This document shows positions 57,580-64,000 of a stretch of 64,000 nucleotides of DNA, one piece after another. Source of the DNA: Minisyncoccota bacterium (GTDB lineage Bacteria; Patescibacteriota; Minisyncoccia; Phycocordibacterales; JABMNX01); the NCBI GenBank assembly GCA_040876885.1, contig JBBDOU010000008.1, forward strand, positions 42,986 through 106,985, in the 5' to 3' direction. A program made the translations under genes and the position numbers. Below the pieces are notes generated by a model. That model was given only the letters and a program-made list of their open reading frames with translations. It did not search any database and was not told the DNA's origin. Position 1 is the stretch's first letter, and every line of letters begins with the position of its first letter.

Positions 57580-59971
57580 AAAAGTAGGGACAAAAAACAA
57601 ACGAGTGGTACTTCTTGATGCACACGCAATACTCCATCGAGCGTACCATGCGCTTCCTGACTTTGCTTCAAACGCAGGAGAGCCAACAGGTGCGCTCTAC
57701 GGACTCACCTCAATGTTGATGAAAATTGTGCAGGATCTTAATCCTGACTATATGATTGCGTGCTATGACCTCCCCGAGCCAACCTTTCGACACGATGTGT
57801 ATAAAGAGTATAAAGGAGGCCGTGCAAAGACAGATGATGCGTTGATTGCTCAGATGAACCGCTCCCGAGATATCTTTACGGTATTTAATATTCCTATTTA
57901 TGAAAAAGCTGGGTTTGAGGCCGACGATATTTTAGGAACAATTGTTGAGCAAACAAAAGATCTTAAAGCGGTCGAAATAATTATTGCTTCAGGCGACATG
58001 GACACGTTGCAGTTAGTTGATAAGAAAAAGGTGCAGGTGTACACCCTTAAAAAGGGTATCAACGACACTATTTTATACGATGAAAAAGCGGTAGTTGAGC
58101 GTTTTGGTTTTAAACCAGCATTACTTCCTGACTACAAAGGGCTTCGCGGTGACCCGTCGGACAACATTATCGGGATTCCAGGAATTGGTGAAAAGACTGG
58201 AAGTATTTTGATTCAGGAGTTTGGTTCAATCGAATCTATATATAAAAAACTAAAAAAGAGCCACACTCCTTTTGAAAAGGCAGGTATAAAAACAAGAATC
58301 ATTGGTCTTTTAGAGGATAATGAAGAAGAGGCACTTTTTTCAAAAATGCTTGCGCTGATTCGACGTGACGTACCGATAACATTTGCACTTCCCGAGCACC
58401 GTTGGCGGGAACGTATTGATATTAAAGAAGCACTTAAGCTTTTTGAAGTGTTGTCGTTTCGAACACTTGGCGAACGGTTTAAACTTTTATTTTCTGAGAA
58501 AGGAGCGGTAGATGAAATAGTTGCGGAGCCCAGTAAACCGCGGGAGACTGTTGATGAGGCACTCCTTAAAGAAACAGCGGTTGCGCTCTGGGTACTGCGC
58601 TCTGACAAGACAAACCCGACGCTTGAGGATATTTTACAGTTTGCAAATACGGACTCATTTGCCGATGCGCGAAAAAAAATACACGCATGTATTAAAGAAC
58701 AGAAACTCGAAAAAATATATGAAGATATTGAAAAGCCACTGATTCCTATTACTGATTTGATGCGAGTGCGCGGGATTGAAATAGATGTTCCGTACTTGAA
58801 AACACTTTCAAAGGAGTATCACAAGGAGCTCGTAAGACTTGAGAAAAAAATCTATACGCACGCGGGTGCAGAGTTTAATATTAGTTCTCCAAAACAACTT
58901 GGCGAAATCTTATTTGAAAAAATGGGACTGACGGTAAAAAACCAAAAGAAGACAGGAACAGGGCAGAAGTCTACAAAAGAATCAGAGCTTGAAAAAATGA
59001 AAGTGCTACATCCGATTATTGCGGATATTCTTGCGTACCGCGAGTTACGAAAACTACTTACCACATACATCGACAATATACCTGACATGGTCGAAAAAGA
59101 CGGACGGCTTCACGCAGAGTTTTTACAAACAGGAACGACCACCGGGAGAATGGCATCGCATAATCCAAACCTACAAAACATCCCCATAAAGACGGAGCTC
59201 GGGCGACGCATTAGGAATGCATTTGTTGCGAAAAAAGGATATCAGTTTATTGCCGCAGATTATTCCCAGATTGAATTACGATGTGCGGCACTCCTTTCTG
59301 GGGATGAGAAACTTACAGAAGTTTTTGTAACGAATGGCGATGTGCACACGACCGTTGCAAGCGAAGTGTTTGGTGTCCCACCAGAGCAGGTGGACTATGA
59401 AATGCGAAGGCGCGCTAAGGTAATTAACTTTGGAATTATTTACGGCATGGGAGTAAATTCTTTACGACAGTCTTTAGGAAAAGACACCACCACAAAAGCA
59501 GAGGCACAGACGTTTTATAATGAATACTTTAAACAGTTTAGTACGCTCGCACACTACCTAGAGAGTGTTAAAGCTCAAGCAGCCCGAACGGGGTACACCG
59601 AAACATACTTTGGCAGAAAGCGATATTTTGAAGGAATTAAATCAAAAGTTCCTTTCATACGGGCGTCAGCAGAACGGATGGCAATTAATGCGCCGATTCA
59701 AGGGACAGAAGCTGACATTGTTAAGTACGCGACAATACATATTGATGCGTATATTAAGAAAAATAAATTAGAATGTGATGCAGGACTCCTTCTTCAGATT
59801 CATGATGAACTTGTGTACGAGGTAAAGAAAAGTGCCGTGAAGGAAGTCGCGGGCGCTATTAAACATATCATGGAGTCGGTGTTGCCCCCTGAAGAAACGA
59901 ACGGCATTCTTTTTAAGGCAGATATATCAGTAGGAAATAATTGGGGTGAAATGAAAAGGCTTGATATATAA
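57572..59971 (+). CDS. polA: DNA polymerase I (short; proofreading domain largely absent)
   Basis: 5'-3' exonuclease (RAYHA, EADD, SGD, GDPSDN), TGRM..NPNLQNIP, ADYSQIELR, K..NFGIIYG, QIHDE. Confidence 0.96.
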   Translation: MPKKVGTKNKRVVLLDAHAILHRAYHALPDFASNAGEPTGALYGLTSMLMKIVQDLNPDYMIACYDLPEPTFRHDVYKEYKGGRAKTDDALIAQMNRSRDIFTVFNIPIYEKAGFEADDILGTIVEQTKDLKAVEIIIASGDMDTLQLVDKKKVQVYTLKKGINDTILYDEKAVVERFGFKPALLPDYKGLRGDPSDNIIGIPGIGEKTGSILIQEFGSIESIYKKLKKSHTPFEKAGIKTRIIGLLEDNEEEALFSKMLALIRRDVPITFALPEHRWRERIDIKEALKLFEVLSFRTLGERFKLLFSEKGAVDEIVAEPSKPRETVDEALLKETAVALWVLRSDKTNPTLEDILQFANTDSFADARKKIHACIKEQKLEKIYEDIEKPLIPITDLMRVRGIEIDVPYLKTLSKEYHKELVRLEKKIYTHAGAEFNISSPKQLGEILFEKMGLTVKNQKKTGTGQKSTKESELEKMKVLHPIIADILAYRELRKLLTTYIDNIPDMVEKDGRLHAEFLQTGTTTGRMASHNPNLQNIPIKTELGRRIRNAFVAKKGYQFIAADYSQIELRCAALLSGDEKLTEVFVTNGDVHTTVASEVFGVPPEQVDYEMRRRAKVINFGIIYGMGVNSLRQSLGKDTTTKAEAQTFYNEYFKQFSTLAHYLESVKAQAARTGYTETYFGRKRYFEGIKSKVPFIRASAERMAINAPIQGTEADIVKYATIHIDAYIKKNKLECDAGLLLQIHDELVYEVKKSAVKEVAGAIKHIMESVLPPEETNGILFKADISVGNNWGEMKRLDI

Positions 59972-60051
59972 CGTACAGTATGGTTTATTGCTTCTAGGCA
60001 GTTTTAAAAGGCATGGTTAAAAGGTAGTTTTAAAAGATATGGGAGGAATAT

Positions 60052-60240
60052 ATGACACAGAGGATTCCGTTGCAAATTGGTCCTGCGCAGTCACAATTTC
60101 CTAGAGACATAGGGTGGCGCAAGAAAAAATTACTCTTTCGAGAGTTGTTGTTTGGGGTGTTCTTTTGGGGTGGTGTCGGTATCATGAGTGCTCTTCGCGA
60201 CACCTCGAAAAATCTTAAAAAAAGATTCTCTCGGGATTAA
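60052..60240 (+). CDS. Small hypothetical membrane protein
   Basis: GGAGG SD, one hydrophobic segment, terminator near 60252. Confidence 0.5.
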   Translation: MTQRIPLQIGPAQSQFPRDIGWRKKKLLFRELLFGVFFWGGVGIMSALRDTSKNLKKRFSRD

Positions 60241-60310
60241 AATTATTCTCTAAAAAAGGGGCATACGTGCCCCTTTTTCTTTTTTATATCTCGCTTGATA
60301 TACTATTATT

Positions 60311-61024
60311 ATGATTTATCTCCTCCACGGAAACGATATACAAACTTCGAGAAAGAAGCTCCACACACTTCTTGATGGGCTTACTCAGAAACGTCCTGAT
60401 GCTGAACACTTTCACATACACACAGAGAACAGAAAAGAATTTTCTATCGCGGAGCTTATTGGGTCCAGAGGGCTTTTTGAAGAGAAGTACATTGTCATAC
60501 TCGATGGTCTTTTTATAGATAAAGAGGAGAGAGAGACACTTCTTACTTCCCTTAAAGAGATGCAAAGCGCTGAGCACATATTTATCTTTCTAGAAGGAAA
60601 GCTCGATAAAAAAACAATCACACGTTTTGAGAAATATGCAGAGAAGATCCAAGAATGCAGTGTCGCTGAAATAAAGAAAGAGCGTTTTAACACATTTTCT
60701 TTAACTGATGCGTTAGGGAAGCGTGATAAAAAGGGTTTATGGACACTGTATCAGCGAGCGAAAGCCGAACACATTGCGGACGAAGAGATTCACGGTATTC
60801 TGTTTTGGCAGGTAAAGAGTATGCTTCTCTCACTGCAAAGCGCTCACGCAAAGGAAGCGGGACTCAACCCTTTTGTGTACACGAAGTCAAAAGGTTTTCT
60901 AAAGAACTATTCTGACGCTGAGGTTCGGGCACTTTCTCAGAGACTGGTTGCACTCTCGCATGATGCTCGCAGGGGAATACATGAATTTGATATAGCGCTT
61001 GAAAGATTTATTTTAACGCTGTAG
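60311..61024 (+). CDS. holA: DNA polymerase III delta subunit-like (short)
   Basis: MIYLLHG, GLF, FNTFSLTDAL, ILFWQ, LERFIL. Confidence 0.8.
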   Translation: MIYLLHGNDIQTSRKKLHTLLDGLTQKRPDAEHFHIHTENRKEFSIAELIGSRGLFEEKYIVILDGLFIDKEERETLLTSLKEMQSAEHIFIFLEGKLDKKTITRFEKYAEKIQECSVAEIKKERFNTFSLTDALGKRDKKGLWTLYQRAKAEHIADEEIHGILFWQVKSMLLSLQSAHAKEAGLNPFVYTKSKGFLKNYSDAEVRALSQRLVALSHDARRGIHEFDIALERFILTL

Positions 61025-61190
61025 AGCTGTTTTTTAAAACATCAAGGATGTCCTCTGTTGTTTAAAAATAAACGTCACAGGTATCGGTGGTGTTTATCTC
61101 ATGGAGGCATTTTTTTGTTTTTATGATATGGTGTATGGGTTGATTTTTGAGTTGTGAGTAGAACCAGCATTTGGTACCATATAAAGGCAA

Positions 61191-61263
61191 CCGCCCGTAG
61201 CTCAGTTGGTAGAGCAGCTCCCTTTTAAGGAGAATGTCGTAGGTTCAAGTCCTACCGGGCGGA
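61191..61263 (+). tRNA. tRNA-Lys(TTT)
   Basis: Acceptor CCGCCCG/CGGGCGG, TAGCTCAGTTGGTAGAGC, anticodon loop CT-TTT-AA, GTAGG-TTCAAGT-CCTAC; no CCA. Confidence 0.95.
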
Positions 61264-61264
61264 C

Positions 61265-62095
61265 ATGAATGAGTTTAAACAGCAGTGTATTAAGTTGAGA
61301 GAAAAAGACCACACACTTTCTGAAATCATGCAGATAACAGGAAGGTCAAAAACATCTATCTATTTTCACATACAGAACATTGCACTTAGTTCTCTAAAAC
61401 AGAAAGAAATTCGAGATGCAAGTCGCACGAGAGTTCTTGATCTTTCACAAGCAAGGAAAGGTAAAAGCAAAAAACCTTTTAAGAAGTTTCCTCAGTGGAA
61501 CATTCAGGCAGTTTCTTTGGTGGCACACTTACTTTTTGGTGGAGAAATTCAGTCAAATAAATGTGTCTATAGTAACCGAAGCGTTGCTTTATGTAAGAAG
61601 GTCGAAAATTCTATGTGTCTGTTTTATGATTTTGAGCCTAAACGGCGGTATAACAAACAGACGGGAGTAACAAGTATCAGTTATTTTAATGTTGAGCTTA
61701 CATCATATCTTAAGCATAAAGCGAAGGCATTGCTTATTGAGATTGAATTTTTTCCTGAAGAATTTAAGCGAGAATTTTTGCGCGCATTTTTTGACGATGA
61801 AGGGTGTATAGATTTTAAACCTCATAGCGGTACGCGACGAGTTCGTGGGTATCAAAAAGATACAACAATACTATATCTTGTGTGGAAACTTCTTCGAGAT
61901 TTTAATATTAACGCAAAGATTCAACTTCCTAATGAAGTCGTAATATCAAAAAAAGAAAATTTACTAAAGTTTCAAAAAGAAATAGGTTTTTCTATTGGAG
62001 TTAAAATGAATGGAAATAGACCAAATAGCGTCTGGAAAAAACATATGGAAAAAAGTGATATTCTTAAAAAGGCTATAGACTCGTACGGTTCTTAA
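61265..62095 (+). CDS. HTH + LAGLIDADG homing-endonuclease-like protein
   Basis: N-terminal HTH (TLSEIMQITGRSKTSIY); motifs LVAHLLFGGEI and FLRAFFDDEGCI; FQKEIGF. Confidence 0.82.
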   Translation: MNEFKQQCIKLREKDHTLSEIMQITGRSKTSIYFHIQNIALSSLKQKEIRDASRTRVLDLSQARKGKSKKPFKKFPQWNIQAVSLVAHLLFGGEIQSNKCVYSNRSVALCKKVENSMCLFYDFEPKRRYNKQTGVTSISYFNVELTSYLKHKAKALLIEIEFFPEEFKREFLRAFFDDEGCIDFKPHSGTRRVRGYQKDTTILYLVWKLLRDFNINAKIQLPNEVVISKKENLLKFQKEIGFSIGVKMNGNRPNSVWKKHMEKSDILKKAIDSYGS

Positions 62096-62103
62096 AAATA
62101 ACT

Positions 62104-62508
62104 TTATAACGGTAAGTCTACTGCGGGAGCTCCAGCACCAGTAAGGAGGAGAGAAAGAAAGATTGCAAAAAGAAGAATATAGAATATCCGTTCATGAGGG
62201 ACGAGGACTGGAAACTCTTTTTTAAACCAGAGGAGTTTTAGTGCATAGAGTCCACCAAGAAGCGCCATAACCTGTGTAAGAAATCCTGCAATAAGAAAGA
62301 GTCCAAGCACAACCTCAAAGAGTCCGCCGAAAACAATAAAGATTGTTGTGGGTGACCCAAGTCGAGCGTACAGTTTTTCAACAAGCGTCTCTCTTTGAGT
62401 AGTAAGGTGTCCCCATCCTATGTGGAGCAGATAGGCACCAACAACAACACGAAGAATAAACGGTGCGAAGATGCCAAAAATTAAGAGTGATGGAAAAATA
62501 CTTAACAT
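62104..62508 (-). CDS. DoxX family membrane protein
   Basis: ILRVVVG, EVVLGLFLIAGFLTQ, TGAG..AVD. Confidence 0.85.
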   Translation of the reverse strand: MLSIFPSLLIFGIFAPFILRVVVGAYLLHIGWGHLTTQRETLVEKLYARLGSPTTIFIVFGGLFEVVLGLFLIAGFLTQVMALLGGLYALKLLWFKKEFPVLVPHERIFYILLFAIFLSLLLTGAGAPAVDLPL

Positions 62509-62581
62509 AAATATATTGCTAGTATACCACGACTCCTTTATAGGAAACCACCGTTTCTGTGTGGTACCCTGCATAGACACT

Positions 62582-63046
62582 ATGAAAGAAACACACATTA
62601 TCTTGCACAATATACGAAGCGCTCTTAATGTAGGGTCCATATTTCGCTCTGCCGACGGGGCTGGTGTTTCAAAGATACATCTCACGGGGTATTCACCAAC
62701 GCCTATTGATAGGTTTGGGAGAAATGAAGCAACGATTGCAAAAACAGCGCTTGGTGCAGAGCATTCGGTTTCTTGGGAGCAGGGAGAAATACAGACAGTA
62801 CTTCGTACACTCAAAGATTCTGGATATTTAATCGTGGGAGTCGAGCAAACTGCAGACGCGAAGAACTACAAAGAGTTTATAGCCAGAGGGAAAACAGTTT
62901 TTATATTTGGAAACGAAGTTGGGGGTCTTGAGGATGAGGTTCTTAGGGTGTGTGATGAGACTATTGAAATTCCAATGCGTGGAGAGAAGGAGTCTTTAAA
63001 TGTTGCGGTTGTCGCGGGTATTATCTTGTTTAACTACACACCTTAG
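62582..63046 (+). CDS. TrmH/SpoU family RNA methyltransferase
   Basis: NVGSIFRSAD, FGNEVGG, IPMRGEKESLNV. Confidence 0.92.
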   Translation: MKETHIILHNIRSALNVGSIFRSADGAGVSKIHLTGYSPTPIDRFGRNEATIAKTALGAEHSVSWEQGEIQTVLRTLKDSGYLIVGVEQTADAKNYKEFIARGKTVFIFGNEVGGLEDEVLRVCDETIEIPMRGEKESLNVAVVAGIILFNYTP

Positions 63047-63993
63047 TAGTTAAAGACGTCAACAGTCTTTCCGTCAGCATCAAGAAGACGAATAATGTCA
63101 CGGCTACCCCAAATCTCTCGGTCGTGTTTTAGATAGACACGCCACTCAGGGCTAAAGAAATCGCTATCATTTCTATGATTTTCTACGCAACTTGAGTAGT
63201 GTATCTCTTCAGTAATAAACACTGCGCAGGAATCAGAAAACCCTAGTGGTAGTGCTTCAAGGGGCATAGAGCATCGGTCTAAGTCTTCGATATATGAAAG
63301 ACACGCATCTCCAAAACGAAGTGGGTCACTTTCTGAAAATCTGAATTCGTCTTCAGGTAATGGGCATTGCTTTTGAATTGACGGGGTGAAGTCTTGGAAT
63401 TGTTCGAAGTATCCTGAGCATTTATTTATCTGGAAAGAGACTCCCGTAGGTGAATGACCTGTTAGGAGATATATTTTTTCTCGGTGGCCCGCCATAAGTG
63501 GCTGTTCTATATTTACCGTTCCTGAGGTAGATATTTTTGTGGCTTTAGGAATAGAGACCACTTCGTTAGAGATCATACTTTGTAGTTTCCAACCAGTAAG
63601 CGAAACAGGCGCTGTCAGTGAATATGCTGTTGAGAGTTCAACGTATTCCGTAAGTGGAGATGTTTCTCTTGGCCCGTTTGATGTTTTTTGAATACGTACC
63701 TGGCCCCAGTACGGAGATGTTTCTCCAAAGTCTCGAGTGCGTCCAAACTCCTCTACAATACGCGCATATTCTGCGTCAGCTTTTGAAGTACTACTGTCTC
63801 CTTGGCTAACAGGTGGAAAGAAGTTGCTTACTCCGGAGAAGATACTTTCTTTTGCGTTAAAATTAACCGTGCTCGTACTCGCTTTGTCTGCGCCACCTGA
63901 AAACACCCAAAAAATTCCAAGGATAATCACAAGAGAAGCAACCAACATAAAATCTCCACCCGCTTCTCCTGTGTTTCTTTTTTTAAACCACAC
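63043..63993 (-). CDS. Membrane-anchored Cys-rich hypothetical protein
   Basis: TM, EYVEL, LTGWKL, SP.GVSF..NKCSGY, several Cys; start near the window edge is uncertain. Confidence 0.75.
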   Translation of the reverse strand: MWFKKRNTGEAGGDFMLVASLVIILGIFWVFSGGADKASTSTVNFNAKESIFSGVSNFFPPVSQGDSSTSKADAEYARIVEEFGRTRDFGETSPYWGQVRIQKTSNGPRETSPLTEYVELSTAYSLTAPVSLTGWKLQSMISNEVVSIPKATKISTSGTVNIEQPLMAGHREKIYLLTGHSPTGVSFQINKCSGYFEQFQDFTPSIQKQCPLPEDEFRFSESDPLRFGDACLSYIEDLDRCSMPLEALPLGFSDSCAVFITEEIHYSSCVENHRNDSDFFSPEWRVYLKHDREIWGSRDIIRLLDADGKTVDVFNY

Positions 63994-64000
63994 TGTTTCT

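Noticed and set aside
61191-62095. Group I intron or intein hosting the LAGLIDADG ORF
   Set aside because: tRNA-Lys is complete and uninterrupted, no second exon follows, and no intein terminal residues or host protein are present.
190-62814. Numerous antisense or overlapping ORFs of 60-230 aa in the track
   Set aside because: They are shadows of well-supported genes on the opposite strand or frame and have no recognisable motifs.
1-64000. Alternative genetic code (TGA read as Gly)
   Set aside because: Conserved genes are full length under the standard bacterial code, with no in-frame TGA breaks.

Overview
Origin-proximal chromosomal segment of a low-GC, reduced-genome bacterium. Gene content and style fit a Patescibacteria/CPR (Parcubacteria-like) organism, which is my inference: trigger factor lacks the FKBP domain, YebC and PolA are short, starts are mostly leaderless, and tRNAs lack encoded CCA. 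It carries housekeeping genes (nusA, ppa, tig, clpP, rny, hup, cca, msrAB, xth, Xer recombinase, rpsO, comM, pcrA, rsmA, jag-yidC-rnpA-rpmH-dnaA-dnaN with oriC, PBP1A, tyrS, ruvC/yebC/ruvB, PilB-like ATPase, tsaE, polA, holA, TrmH family), five tRNAs, a parS cluster, and a ~13 kb relaxase-less VirB4/PrgI/VirB6/pilin T4SS-like locus next to oriC. The least explained signals are non-coding or very small: (1) structured tRNA-trailer elements that re-copy the tRNA 3' end, including an exact 142-bp tandem repeat; (2) two CCCCGTTAGA...TCTAACGGGG palindromic elements in-frame inside tig; (3) two unannotated hyper-acidic 38-39 aa peptides with a shared N-terminal motif and related terminators; (4) a single-gene insert flanked by an 84-bp duplication; (5) an HTH-LAGLIDADG ORF starting 1 nt after tRNA-Lys; (6) tRNA-Gly genes with A73, one with a U53:A61 pair; (7) candidate structured ncRNAs. 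All calls were read by eye; no database searches were run.
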